Below are positions 25,630-35,658 of a DNA stretch of 64,000 bases, piece after piece. The stretch's first letter is position 1; each line of letters starts with the position of its first letter. The stretch comes from a virus, in the IMG/VR virus record IMGVR_UViG_3300030339_000006. One strand, 5' to 3'. Under the pieces are notes generated by a model. The model worked only from the letters and a program-made list of their open reading frames with translations, did not search any database and was not told the origin of the DNA. Both the position numbers and the translations under genes were made by a program.

Positions 25630-26551
25630 GGCTTTTGTACGTGTAGATCTTCGTCTGAACAACCTGCACGTCTGCTGCGTAGGTCAGTTCCCCACCCAGG
25701 ATAATGCGGAAGAGAACCGGGTCGATACTGAAGTTGACCTGGTTCACCCCTGTCAAGAACACCTCGAAGGAATCCTTGCCGAGTGACCAGTCGAAGTCAG
25801 AACGCCCTGACAGATCGACAATCTTCGAGCCGAGTGGAACAGTGATGTTTGCACGGGCCTTCGCAAAGCGAGCCTTTTCTAACTTGGTCTGTGACTGACC
25901 GTTGACCAAATCCGAGATGTTCGACTGGTCAACCCAGTTGATACCCACGATGTTTTCTTCGGTTAACGCCGTCTGGCCAAACTTCACGATGAACGACAGG
26001 ACTGCAGTATTGCCGGTATCTGGATAGATAATCGGTTCAGCACCCGTCGCAGTGTATTCACCTGAAGACTTCAGGGCGAAACGACAGACCTTCGTCAGTG
26101 AGTCAACACCCGGAACGATCGACGTGGCGTCAGCCTCTTCCATGTAACCCTGCAGCAAGTACTTGATGTTCTTGCCGGCAGTTACCGGAGCAGCGACGTT
26201 CGTCAGGTTGGTCGGTGAGTCATGAACCGCCATAGTCGGAACACGGAAGAACGTGTTGTTGTTATCGTACGGCACGGACTGGATGAGATATCCGAACAGC
26301 ACATTCAGGCTTAAACCACCAGGGAAGTAGAGATTACCCACGAACCCTTCGTTGGCCGAAAATTGCACGCCAATAGATGCCGCCGCCAGTGAGCCGCGGT
26401 TGAAACTGCCCTTCGTGATGTCCAGCTGATCCGCCAGGATGTTCATGTTATCCATGATATCCTTGAGTGGACGGTTATCGACGTCAACGTAGTAAGGGTC
26501 CAGGTTCGTGTAGTAACGTACCTGCTTTAATTTTGATTGAGTTGTAGACAT
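25619..26551 (-). CDS. Virion structural protein (tail/baseplate-like, probable)
   Basis: 310 aa beta-rich; VRYYTNLDPYYVDVDNRPLKDI; GAGGA RBS; late strand. Confidence 0.5.
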   Translation of the reverse strand: MSTTQSKLKQVRYYTNLDPYYVDVDNRPLKDIMDNMNILADQLDITKGSFNRGSLAAASIGVQFSANEGFVGNLYFPGGLSLNVLFGYLIQSVPYDNNNTFFRVPTMAVHDSPTNLTNVAAPVTAGKNIKYLLQGYMEEADATSIVPGVDSLTKVCRFALKSSGEYTATGAEPIIYPDTGNTAVLSFIVKFGQTALTEENIVGINWVDQSNISDLVNGQSQTKLEKARFAKARANITVPLGSKIVDLSGRSDFDWSLGKDSFEVFLTGVNQVNFSIDPVLFRIILGGELTYAADVQVVQTKIYTYKSPTA

Positions 26552-26603
26552 GTGTTATCCTCTCTAAGGAACGGTGTACTCATAGTTTAACTAAAGGTGG
26601 CGA

Positions 26604-28484
26604 ATGAAACTTATCTTAACTCCCGACGGACAGAACGTTGAGTTCGTCCCGGAGAGCAATGCGGAAGAGACCATCATCACGATGTTCCCCGCCCTCTACA
26701 AGGTCCGAGGCAAACGCTTCGCCCCAAGTCTACCCCATATTTTACAGAATATCATCGAGCGTTTGAAGAAAACCCTCAAGACGCCAATCACGACGGCGGA
26801 CAAACGCATCGTTGATCTGCTAAAGAACGAAGTGACGCTCCGAGAGATTCCGGAAGAGTTCAACTTTATCACAGATCCGATGAAGCACCAACGTATCGTT
26901 CTACAGTATCTGCTGACCAACGGCGGCGGCGGCGTGCTGCTCGATCCCGGCCTGGGCAAGACGAAGATCATCCTGGATTTCATCAAGCTGATGAAGTTCA
27001 AGAAGAGCCTGATCGTGTGCCCGGTAGCCCTGCTCGATGTGTGGGTCGATGAGACCGGTACGCACCGTCCGGACCTGAAGACGTACGTGCTGCAGTCCAC
27101 CAGCTGGCCGACACTGTTCAAAGCCGCTAAGACCCGGGTTGAGAAGCACTCCGCGGCACTGGCAGAGGAAGAAGAGGGATCGGACGAGTACAAGAAGATT
27201 CGCACCAAGCTTCGAGCGGCAGAACGGGAAGTGAAGTTCATCCCGGCGGCCATGGCGGAAGACCTGGAGTTGGCCGCTGCGGCCGACGTGGTAGTCATCA
27301 ACTACGACAAAGCCAGCAACTACGACTACTTGATGAAGCACTTCGAGTTTGACTTCATTGCCCTCGACGAAGCGCTCATCAAGACGCACAACTCGACCCG
27401 CACGCTGTCCCTCTTGAAGATCGGGTCGAAGATCCCTTACCGCGTCATCATGTCCGGCACGCTGATCAACAACACGGCTCTCGATGCCTTCGCACCGATC
27501 CGTTTTCTTCAGCCGGCCCTCACCGGTATGGCCTACGGGAAGTTCGATCAGCATTACGGCATCAAGATCAAACCCCGGGGTAAGTCCTTTGAGGTCACGA
27601 TCGGCGTCAGTAAGAAGAACGTGCAGGAGATCCGCGGTATCCTCGAGGCCTGTTCGATCGTCATGCGTAAAGAAGACTGGTTGGATCTCCCACCGAAGCA
27701 CTTCCACCGCGTTGACGTTCCACTGACCGAAGCACAGAAGAGAATGTACTCCGGGTTGGTCAGTAACTACGCCTACGAGTTGCCGAACGGGGAAATGGTC
27801 TCAGTCGATAACGGTCTGGGTATGCTGGCCAAAGTCCAACAGATCGCCAGCGGGTTCCTGTACTACAAGGAAGAGTCCGACGATTACTACGATATCCTCT
27901 TTGGGAACGATCAGAAGGAGTCTCCTCGCCAGACATATCTGTTCGAAGAGAACCCGAAGCTCGATGCCCTGTTTGAGCTCCTCAATGGCCCCCTGGTTGG
28001 ACGCAAGGGTATCTTGTGGTACAACTGCGAGGCAGAGTACGAGCTCATCACAGCGGCCTTCAGAGAGCGTTCTGTGACCCATCGGGTTATCAAAGGCGGG
28101 ACGAAGGGGACGGGTGCGATTATCCGTGAGTTCAACAACGATCCGAGCATTTCGTGGCTGGTCTGTCAGGCCAAGTCGGTGAACTACGGGATTACCGTCC
28201 TCGGGGCGAACCCGGAGAACCTCGATCGGGCCCAGGAGATCCTTCCTGAGGTCTCGACCCGGGTGTTCACCCACGTGTTCTACTCGTTGAACTACTCGCT
28301 GGAAGTCTACCTGCAGCAGCAAGACCGTTCCCACCGAATCGGTCAGACGATGCCGGTCGACTATTACGTCCTTCTGGGTGACTGTGAAGCCGAAGAACAA
28401 GTCTATAACGCCCTGCAAAACAAGATGGTAATCCGAGAATCGACCCTGGTAGACTTTTCCAGAAGGCTCAAACCACTGGTATAA
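26604..28484 (+). CDS. SNF2-family helicase
   Basis: DPGLGKT, LIVCP, INYD, LDEA, MSGTLI.N, QQQDRSHRIGQ. Confidence 0.88.
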   Translation: MKLILTPDGQNVEFVPESNAEETIITMFPALYKVRGKRFAPSLPHILQNIIERLKKTLKTPITTADKRIVDLLKNEVTLREIPEEFNFITDPMKHQRIVLQYLLTNGGGGVLLDPGLGKTKIILDFIKLMKFKKSLIVCPVALLDVWVDETGTHRPDLKTYVLQSTSWPTLFKAAKTRVEKHSAALAEEEEGSDEYKKIRTKLRAAEREVKFIPAAMAEDLELAAAADVVVINYDKASNYDYLMKHFEFDFIALDEALIKTHNSTRTLSLLKIGSKIPYRVIMSGTLINNTALDAFAPIRFLQPALTGMAYGKFDQHYGIKIKPRGKSFEVTIGVSKKNVQEIRGILEACSIVMRKEDWLDLPPKHFHRVDVPLTEAQKRMYSGLVSNYAYELPNGEMVSVDNGLGMLAKVQQIASGFLYYKEESDDYYDILFGNDQKESPRQTYLFEENPKLDALFELLNGPLVGRKGILWYNCEAEYELITAAFRERSVTHRVIKGGTKGTGAIIREFNNDPSISWLVCQAKSVNYGITVLGANPENLDRAQEILPEVSTRVFTHVFYSLNYSLEVYLQQQDRSHRIGQTMPVDYYVLLGDCEAEEQVYNALQNKMVIRESTLVDFSRRLKPLV

Positions 28485-28500
28485 GAAAAGTGTGTAAAAC
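28478..28500 (+). promoter_or_regulatory. Phage promoter GGTATAAG-N4-GTGTGTAAA
   Basis: Overlaps SNF2 stop codon; upstream of DinG-like gene. Confidence 0.55.
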
Positions 28501-28514
28501 AGCCAGAGGTCACT

Positions 28515-30101
28515 ATGATTAAGGACTACTTTCCGTTCGACTCGATACGAGAAACGCAAGACCGAGTGCTAACGCAGTTAGACATTATCCTGCCGCAGCA
28601 CTCTTGCATCATCCTGGAGAGTCCAGTGGGTTCCGGTAAGTCCGCAATGGCTCTCGCCGTCGGGTGTTCCCGAGGGCGGAGCTTCTTACTGACACCCCGC
28701 AAGAGCCTGCAAGACCAGTACTTTGACGATTTTTCCCAGCACGTCGTCACGCTCAAAGGCCGTTCGGCCTACCCCTGCGTCGATCCTTCCCGACCGGGCA
28801 ATGAGAACCTTCCCGTCCATCAAATAGAATCCGAAGTCTTCGAAGGGAATCTCTCTACCAGATTCCTGACGGGGAGAATGTGTGCTACCGGACGCTGCAC
28901 GACTTTCTCAACGGCGGCCCGCCGAGAAGCCTACGTGGATGACTGTGAGTCGTCGAGCGGTATTGCCTGCCCGTACAACTCTGCTATTCAGGTCGCTATC
29001 GGTGCCCCGCACGTGGTCTGTAACCTCCACTCATTTATCTTCCAGACGAACTTCGCCGGCCGCTTCGAGCGTCGCCCGACGTTGATCGTTGATGAGTGTC
29101 ATGATATGGCCGGTATCGTACGGGATATGCTCGAGAAGGACTTCTATATCCGCGGGATCTTTATTAATGAGGACAGCGAGATGGAGCAGTGGGATCTGCC
29201 TCGCTGGCAGCGTTTCTTCCACGCCCCGCAGAACCGACCGATCGGGTCAAACACTCGAGAGTTCCGTGATTATCTCGAGGACCATGACCTGAAGGTTGAA
29301 GCCCTCGCGGAATCTATCTTCGGTGCCTTCGTGGTAGACTTCAAGGTCTTGCCTGGTGGGACCGTCATTAAGTTCCGACAGCTGAACGTGGCCGCTGCTT
29401 CCCGCAAGCTCATTCTTGATCACGGGGATAAGATCCTCTTGATGTCGGGGACGATCTACAACAAGAACATGTTCTGTTGGGAGAACGGTCTGGATGCCAG
29501 GGAGACGGCACACGTTAAGGTGAACTCCACGTTCCCAGTAGCGAACCGTCCGGTGATCCTGCATCCGAACGCGATAGACACGTCGGCCCGAGTCTGGGAG
29601 AACAACTTCGGCCACCTGGTCGACGTCTGTCGTGAGATTATGGATGATCATCCTCGGGAGAAGGGGTTGATTCACGTGTCGAGTTACGCCAAGGCCATCC
29701 AGCTGCAGGCCGCACTCGGTGATCGTGCGGTTACCCACACGCCAGAAGACTTCCAACTGGCCCTGATGGGCTTCTTCATTGCCCCGGGCAACGGTGTGTT
29801 TATCTCACCGATCTGCCAGCAGGGGACAGACTTCAAGGATGACCGTGCCCGCTTCCAAATCGTGACTTCGGTACCGTACTTAAACGTCGGTGACAAAGTG
29901 GTGAAGCGGATGATGGAAACGGTCCGTGGTTGGTACGACCTGAAAACACTGGTGGTCTTTGGCCAGATTCTCGGTCGAGTAGTACGCTCCGAAACTGACA
30001 GTGGGACGACCTATCTGGTAGACAGTCGCTTCCGCTCATTTATTAACAGAACCCGCCGCCATCTTCCACGTTGGCTAACGGAATCCTTCATAGGCTTATG
30101 A
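28515..30101 (+). CDS. DinG/Rad3-like SF2 helicase
   Basis: Q motif RETQ, ESPVGSGKS, KGRSAYPC..C..C..CPY Fe-S cysteines, VDECH, MSGT, GTDFKDD, QILGRVVRSETD.G..LVDSRF. Confidence 0.88.
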   Translation: MIKDYFPFDSIRETQDRVLTQLDIILPQHSCIILESPVGSGKSAMALAVGCSRGRSFLLTPRKSLQDQYFDDFSQHVVTLKGRSAYPCVDPSRPGNENLPVHQIESEVFEGNLSTRFLTGRMCATGRCTTFSTAARREAYVDDCESSSGIACPYNSAIQVAIGAPHVVCNLHSFIFQTNFAGRFERRPTLIVDECHDMAGIVRDMLEKDFYIRGIFINEDSEMEQWDLPRWQRFFHAPQNRPIGSNTREFRDYLEDHDLKVEALAESIFGAFVVDFKVLPGGTVIKFRQLNVAAASRKLILDHGDKILLMSGTIYNKNMFCWENGLDARETAHVKVNSTFPVANRPVILHPNAIDTSARVWENNFGHLVDVCREIMDDHPREKGLIHVSSYAKAIQLQAALGDRAVTHTPEDFQLALMGFFIAPGNGVFISPICQQGTDFKDDRARFQIVTSVPYLNVGDKVVKRMMETVRGWYDLKTLVVFGQILGRVVRSETDSGTTYLVDSRFRSFINRTRRHLPRWLTESFIGL

Positions 30102-30144
30102 ATGAACATTTGGAATTGGGAATTTTTTCCTAACGGAGAAGAGA

Positions 30145-30417
30145 ATGAAGATCGAGATGAAAGACAACCTGTTAACGCTGACACCAGAAGGCCGGTGGGA
30201 GCGGAAGACTATTGAGGATAAAACTAAAAAGGCGATGGCGGCTTTTGGCGTTTCTTCTCGTGTTGGACGGATTTTCGCAGCAGTGACGATCGCTACCGAG
30301 CTCGGTCATGACATCTCGGTAGACAATCGCCAAGTCACGGTGCAGGATCAGTCGTTCTCGATATACCCCAGAGGACTGGACGGCATGTCCATCCCTGAAG
30401 TACTCATCAACCCGTAA
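30145..30417 (+). CDS. Hypothetical protein
   Basis: GGAG RBS; 3' end overlaps convergent sigma gene. Confidence 0.45.
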   Translation: MKIEMKDNLLTLTPEGRWERKTIEDKTKKAMAAFGVSSRVGRIFAAVTIATELGHDISVDNRQVTVQDQSFSIYPRGLDGMSIPEVLINP

Positions 30418-31199
30418 CCCGCCTCCATAACTTCTCCAATACTCTCAAGACTCTTCGCCAACGTCTTCTTGACGAACGCTTGATTCACTTTAGGATCGTT
30501 GATGTGCTTCACGATGTCGGCCGGCTTCATCTCCGTGCCGTCGATCAGACCGTATGTCAGCTTAACGATTGTGCTATCAGGATAAGGCAGTGCGTTAATT
30601 GCACCCATGAGACTTTTGTCTTCGAGCTCGTTGACCAGTTCATCGATCGGGTTAACCGTTGGCATCTCTGCCTCCTTCATGTTATCCAGATAGAAGGTGA
30701 TGTACTGGGTCTTACTGAGCTCTTTCAAATCCCGCACGGATGCATTCGGGAATTCTTCACGCAGCTCACACAGCGTTGGGACAACATCGAGACCTTCAAT
30801 GTGCTTCTTCAGCTTGGTCGCCAGTTGTTGCTTCTGAGCGGGAAGAGCCACCAAACGCCACTTGGACATCTCTTTGAGTTGGCGTTGCATGACCCACCAG
30901 CCGGCGTACGTCAATAGACGAACTCCCGAGGTCGGATCAAATTTGTCGAGACCTGCAAGCAAGCCTTCATTTCCGGCTGCGATCAGGTCCTCGAATTGCT
31001 CCAGGTTACCGCGGGAATACTTCTTGGCCCGTTTGAACACGTAGCGGAGGTTTGAGCAGATCAACTTATCGCGAGCGGCCTTCTTTACATTAGGGTTAGT
31101 GGCGGGATCGAAATAAGTCGCCAGCAGTACCGTTTCGTCCTCACGGGATAGAATCGGGTAGCGGTCGCAGATCTCTTCGTAGTATTTTGTCAGGCCCAT
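30348..31199 (-). CDS. Sigma70-family RNA polymerase sigma factor
   Basis: Region 1.2 (YPILSREDE..L); region 2 ARDKLICSNLRYV..AKKY..FEDLIAAGNEGL...DKFDP..G.RLLTYA.WW; degenerate region 4. Confidence 0.9.
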   Translation of the reverse strand: MGLTKYYEEICDRYPILSREDETVLLATYFDPATNPNVKKAARDKLICSNLRYVFKRAKKYSRGNLEQFEDLIAAGNEGLLAGLDKFDPTSGVRLLTYAGWWVMQRQLKEMSKWRLVALPAQKQQLATKLKKHIEGLDVVPTLCELREEFPNASVRDLKELSKTQYITFYLDNMKEAEMPTVNPIDELVNELEDKSLMGAINALPYPDSTIVKLTYGLIDGTEMKPADIVKHINDPKVNQAFVKKTLAKSLESIGEVMEAGYGLMSTSGMDMPSSPLGYIEND

Positions 31200-31223
31200 T
31201 GTGTTCTCCAGGTTAATAGCAGT

Positions 31224-31252
31224 ATAGTACTCGGCGAAACCCGAATAGTCAA
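31224..31252 (-). promoter_or_regulatory. Host sigma70-type promoter for phage sigma gene
   Basis: Minus strand TTGACT-N17-TACTAT, ~25 bp upstream of ATG. Confidence 0.6.
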
Positions 31253-31264
31253 TTGAGGAATACC

Positions 31265-31477
31265 ATGATCAAGATTGAAGCAGTACAGCGAGATAACGGC
31301 GTGGTCGCCCTTATCCTCAACAGCAATGACCCCGATCGAGACCGTGACCAAATGGACCTGATCGGTGCAACCATCGTGACACCGTCCGAGCGCCGTGGCC
31401 GTTACACCATGCAGGGTTCTGGTCGCACCATTGAGATTCTCTTCCAGGAACCTCAAAACCGTAAATCTGGGGTATAA
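31265..31477 (+). CDS. Hypothetical protein
   Basis: GAGGA RBS before ATG 31265. Confidence 0.55.
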   Translation: MIKIEAVQRDNGVVALILNSNDPDRDRDQMDLIGATIVTPSERRGRYTMQGSGRTIEILFQEPQNRKSGV

Positions 31478-31482
31478 CAACT

Positions 31483-31644
31483 ATGGAGAAATCTGGACGC
31501 ATCGTTCTGACTCCGGAAGACCTTGCCGAATTTCGAAAAGGCTTGGTATCAGAACGTATTCAGACAACTTGGGGCTTGACATTCGCCGAGCTTTCAGAGA
31601 TAATTGCATCTCAAAACACAAACTCTAACGGAGAATCCGAATGA
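31483..31644 (+). CDS. Small hypothetical protein (53 aa)
   Basis: Not in track: MEKSGRIVLTPEDLAEF...; stop overlaps SSB start (ATGA). Confidence 0.45.
   Translation: MEKSGRIVLTPEDLAEFRKGLVSERIQTTWGLTFAELSEIIASQNTNSNGESE
31576..31604 (+). promoter_or_regulatory. Host sigma70-type promoter for SSB
   Basis: TTGACA-N17-GATAAT. Confidence 0.55.
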
Positions 31645-32312
31645 CTGACAAAATCGAACAGCGTATCATCATCCCAGCAGCTAAAGGCGAATGGTTCCAC
31701 ATCGTTGATCCAGACACCAAATTCAACGCGGAAGGCGAATACAAAGTAACCGTCTACCCGACCCAGCGTGAAATGGAAGCTCTGTTTGAGCCGCTGAAAG
31801 CAATGGCTGAAGAAGCGCTGGCCGCTTATCAGGAAGAAGAAAACGAGAAAGCGAAGGCGAAGAAAGTTAAGCCTAAGATTCTCAAATTGGCCGATAACCA
31901 GCCGTGGACCGCTCAGGAAACTGAAGAAGGCACTCTGGTACTGAAGCTGAAACGTAAAGCTCGTATCACCAAGAAAGACGGCACTATCGAAGACATTCAG
32001 ATGAAAGTCGTTGATGGTAAAGGCAACTCGATGACCCCTGAGCAGGTAAAAGCCGCTCGTGTGGGTAACGGTTCCGTCGCTCGTTGCGTAGTAACTGCGT
32101 TCCCATACAACATGGCTTCCGTCGGCGTCGGTATCTCTCTGCGTTTAGAGAAAATCCAACTGCTGAAAGTTGTGGCCTACGGTGGCAACAGCGGTCCAGA
32201 TAACGAGCTGGGCGAATACGAAGGTTCTGACTTCGTAGCGGCTCCAGCCAGCTCTACTCCATCAGATCCAGATTTTGCACCTGATGAGCAGCAGACTAAC
32301 TACACCGTCTGA
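31641..32312 (+). CDS. ssb: Single-stranded DNA-binding protein, T7 gp2.5-like
   Basis: PDTKFN.EGEYKV, VVDGKG, VGNGS, GVGISLRLEKIQLLK, acidic C-terminal tail. Confidence 0.85.
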   Translation: MTDKIEQRIIIPAAKGEWFHIVDPDTKFNAEGEYKVTVYPTQREMEALFEPLKAMAEEALAAYQEEENEKAKAKKVKPKILKLADNQPWTAQETEEGTLVLKLKRKARITKKDGTIEDIQMKVVDGKGNSMTPEQVKAARVGNGSVARCVVTAFPYNMASVGVGISLRLEKIQLLKVVAYGGNSGPDNELGEYEGSDFVAAPASSTPSDPDFAPDEQQTNYTV

Positions 32313-32323
32313 GTGTAGTAAAT

Positions 32324-32350
32324 AGGGGGCCTTCGGGCCCTCTCTTTTTT
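32324..32350 (+). terminator. Rho-independent terminator
   Basis: AGGGGGCC-TTCG-GGCCCTCT then T tract. Confidence 0.7.
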
Positions 32351-32360
32351 AGGAGATTCC

Positions 32361-33257
32361 ATGAGTCAGAAGCAAGAACTTGAAGAGGCACTCGCTCGCG
32401 TCCCGCTAGTGACTGACATCTCGCCGACATCGTTCGGTTCGTGGTCCGTGTCAAAACTGAAGATGCTTGAGAAGTGTCCGCTGCAGTTCTTCTTGAAATA
32501 CTGCGTGAAACTCGTCGTGGTAAAAGAGGAGAATCCCGATGACGTTCTCCTGCGTAACACGGGGACGACACTGCACCGTATCCTGGAACTCATGTTCTCC
32601 GGCTATAACTTTGCAGCGGCTGAAGCGTTGGCCCGCGAAGAGAATATCGCCTCCGTTACTCCCGAGCGTTTCGAGTTCGTTGAGAAGCACTACGCGAACC
32701 TGAAGTCCTTTGAGCGCCGTATCGGTGCCTTCGAGGAGAACCACCCGATCGCGTCGATTGATCCTGAGCTCAAGCTCGCGGTTAATCGTAACTACGAACC
32801 GGTGGATTTTTTCGCTGAAGATGCTTACTTCCGCGGCGTCCTTGACCTCCCGATTCTCATGGAGAACGAAGACGTGCTCATCCTGGACCACAAACGCGGT
32901 GGCTCACCGGCGTACGGTCTGAAGTTCCACATGCCACAGCTCTCCACGTATCACTTACTGTATCACTTCGGTCACCGAAAGGTCCGTGGGTCGCAGGCAG
33001 GGATTCACTTCATGGAAGCCGGGGCGGTGGTCATGTCACCGTACACCAAAGGGAAGAACATCGAGGATCTGTTGCCGACGTGGTTGGACAACAAGATTGA
33101 GACAGCAGTCCAGGTCGTGCTCGAAGCGGAAAACTTCCAGGCGAACAAAGGGACTGCCTGTACGTGGTGCGATTACAAAGCTCTCTGCAAGAATGGCAAA
33201 CGGAATACCGTCGGTGATCTCCAAGAGATCCGAGACGCGACCCGTAAGTTGTTCTAA
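32361..33257 (+). CDS. PD-(D/E)XK exonuclease, Cas4/AddB-like with Fe-S cysteines
   Basis: WSVSKL..CPLQF, GTTLHRILE, RGVLD..ILDHK.G, QL.TY, CTWCDYKALC. Confidence 0.85.
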   Translation: MSQKQELEEALARVPLVTDISPTSFGSWSVSKLKMLEKCPLQFFLKYCVKLVVVKEENPDDVLLRNTGTTLHRILELMFSGYNFAAAEALAREENIASVTPERFEFVEKHYANLKSFERRIGAFEENHPIASIDPELKLAVNRNYEPVDFFAEDAYFRGVLDLPILMENEDVLILDHKRGGSPAYGLKFHMPQLSTYHLLYHFGHRKVRGSQAGIHFMEAGAVVMSPYTKGKNIEDLLPTWLDNKIETAVQVVLEAENFQANKGTACTWCDYKALCKNGKRNTVGDLQEIRDATRKLF

Positions 33258-33258
33258 T

Positions 33259-33289
33259 AAAAAACCCCGATCTCTCGGGGTTTTCTTTT
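33259..33289. terminator. Bidirectional terminator
   Basis: AAAAAACCCCGA-TCTC-TCGGGGTTTT between convergent genes. Confidence 0.75.
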
Positions 33290-35648
33290 AGTTACCAATC
33301 ACTCGCCAAGCCGCTCCGGCATAACTTCCGTCCGTCCCTCCTGCAAAGAACACCATGAAGCTCGTCTTGTCGATCACTTTGGCTGACGCATAGCCCGGGT
33401 TACCGTTGTACGTCAGTGTCGCCTGAACCTGGAACATCGCGTTCGGGAACGGTGAAGGCAGCGTTACGATATGCTCACCGGCTGCCGTTGAGGTGATAGA
33501 CCCCCACTGCTCAATCAATCCAGAATCTCCGTCGGTACGAATCCCGGTAACCGCTACTGTGGCCGGAGAAATGGCCGGAGAGATATCCTTGATACGCGTC
33601 TTCGATTCCAGGAAGAATTGCTTCTTCGTTCTCGGGTTCGAGTAAATGCGACCGATTTCCAGGTCGACAAACACTGAAGCCCCAGCCGTCAGAGACCACG
33701 CGGTGCCGTTGTAAGACCAGACCGAACCGTCACGGGCATCGTAGATTTTGTTGTCACCAGAAGATGACGCCAGCGTCGTGAAGGTCGTTGCGTTCTGTGA
33801 CCAAGAGAAGTAACCGTAAGATGACTTGTCGTTGAACTTGGCCAGTGCCGCGGTAGTCAGGTCCAGAGTGATCGTCGCTCCAGCGATGTACGTGTTGGAG
33901 TTTAGGTCACTCGTGTCCAGAGTGATCGTGCTTCCGACGCGAGATGCTTTGATAAGGCAACCCTGTGGGAAACCACTCCATCCCTGTCCGGCGGTGTTGG
34001 TCACGTAACCGGCCGCTGCAGCGTTCGCACCGTAGTTCCCGTTACCCCATTTCACCAGGCTCGTCTTGTTCGTGATATCCGCAACAGACTGAGCAGTTCC
34101 CGCGGCGTTCTGCGTGAAGACTTTAACACCCCAGGTTTGATCACCCACACCACCCGGAGAGCGACAGGCTGCCAGGATGTACTTGTTGGTGGCATCCTGA
34201 GTAACTGCCAGGATCAGACCGACCGAGTCGTCATCCCCGTCCGTCGAAGACATTTGGGCTTCCAGAGACCAGTTGTCAAAACGACCTGGAGAGATAAATC
34301 CGGTCAACCCTGACGTGTTACGCGTACACTGAATCAATCCTGTTGTGGCGTTAAAGGTCCACGACTGGGTTTCATCCACCCCACTCGCGTTCGTCAGGCC
34401 TACACGGCCCCACTTGGCAAAGATATCGCCAGCCGTCAAGATAGTCGCTTTCTCTGCTGCCAGCGTCACGTCAGAGTTGACGATACGGGCGTCCTGAACG
34501 ACTTGTTCCGGAGACATCTTTTTAGATCCCGTTGCATCAACGAAGAGCACATCACCTTCACGGCCGGCCGGTACGTTGGCGTCGTCGAAAGCTCCCAGTT
34601 CTGTCAGCGTCGGCTTGTTCTCCGTAGAGTAGATCGGGATCCACGGCGTTACAGTGGTGCCGTCAGCACTCGGACGTTGATACATCAGCTTCGTCTGGTC
34701 AGAAGGGAAGGCTAGAGTAGCCGCTTTCCCAGTCGGCCCAGATGGAATTGTCATCAGCTGACCAACGTTTGAGCCAGTTGGACGATCTGCAACTGACGTT
34801 GCGGCACCCCCTGAGTCTGTACCCGCTTTATAGCCATAGAATCCCGCACCGATAGGGGAATCATTCACAGTTTGCACTTGGATTGTCCCGTCTGTCAGGT
34901 ATGGGATATTTGTCATACCCAGACCGGCGGCATTATTGATGCTAAGGAAACCATTTACCTTTGCGTCAATTTCCGTTTTGGTGTACGTGTTGAACGCACT
35001 GGCATCCAGCGTCAAGCCGGTACCGGTCATTGGGATATCGTTGATGGTGTACGTGCGAGGGACCGCTTCGGCCTTCGTGTACGCTCCAACATCCCCCGCG
35101 ACCAGGGTGATATCCTGGTAGAGTTGCTTTCCGTTTACCTTGCGAGTGGTCGGAACGTAACCCTGAAGCAGAGTGTCTACTTGACCACTGGTGTAGGCCC
35201 CGAGGTCAGCGGCGGTCAGCGTCAGGTTCTTGTTCAACTGCTGTCCATTGATCGTCACGGTGTTTGGCACGAAGCCCTGCACCTTGGTGTCGATCTCAGA
35301 GCTGCTGTACGTTCCGATATCTCCTGGTGTCAGGGTGATGTCTTTGTCGAGCAGCTTACCATTGACGCGAACAGGATTGTAGCCACCTGCTTCCACGGCA
35401 GCGATCTTCTGATCGATCGTGGTCTTATCGTAAGTATCCAGATCGTCCGCAGTGATCACCACGTCGTCGTCCAGCGTCTTGCCATTCACCATACGGCCAA
35501 CCGGTACGCGGGTACCGAGGTATCGTTCCGTGGTGTTGGCCACGTTAAGAGCATTGTCGGCAATCTGTTGGATCGCTGCGATGTCTTCTTCGGTGGTGAT
35601 GTCTTTACGCTCCACCCCACCGGGTGCTACTAACGTTAAATCGCTCAT
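33288..35648 (-). CDS. Tail fibre protein
   Basis: Five VNGKxLxxDITL repeats, lectin-like middle domain, C-terminal GLIEQWG..LPSPFPNA (gp53-like) domain; GGAG RBS at 35648. Confidence 0.8.
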   Translation of the reverse strand: MSDLTLVAPGGVERKDITTEEDIAAIQQIADNALNVANTTERYLGTRVPVGRMVNGKTLDDDVVITADDLDTYDKTTIDQKIAAVEAGGYNPVRVNGKLLDKDITLTPGDIGTYSSSEIDTKVQGFVPNTVTINGQQLNKNLTLTAADLGAYTSGQVDTLLQGYVPTTRKVNGKQLYQDITLVAGDVGAYTKAEAVPRTYTINDIPMTGTGLTLDASAFNTYTKTEIDAKVNGFLSINNAAGLGMTNIPYLTDGTIQVQTVNDSPIGAGFYGYKAGTDSGGAATSVADRPTGSNVGQLMTIPSGPTGKAATLAFPSDQTKLMYQRPSADGTTVTPWIPIYSTENKPTLTELGAFDDANVPAGREGDVLFVDATGSKKMSPEQVVQDARIVNSDVTLAAEKATILTAGDIFAKWGRVGLTNASGVDETQSWTFNATTGLIQCTRNTSGLTGFISPGRFDNWSLEAQMSSTDGDDDSVGLILAVTQDATNKYILAACRSPGGVGDQTWGVKVFTQNAAGTAQSVADITNKTSLVKWGNGNYGANAAAAGYVTNTAGQGWSGFPQGCLIKASRVGSTITLDTSDLNSNTYIAGATITLDLTTAALAKFNDKSSYGYFSWSQNATTFTTLASSSGDNKIYDARDGSVWSYNGTAWSLTAGASVFVDLEIGRIYSNPRTKKQFFLESKTRIKDISPAISPATVAVTGIRTDGDSGLIEQWGSITSTAAGEHIVTLPSPFPNAMFQVQATLTYNGNPGYASAKVIDKTSFMVFFAGGTDGSYAGAAWRVIGN

Positions 35649-35658
35649 GCGTTCTCCA

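Noticed and set aside
32361-33257. Cas4-like gene as part of a CRISPR-Cas system
   Set aside because: No other cas genes or array; it sits beside SSB like a typical phage recombination exonuclease
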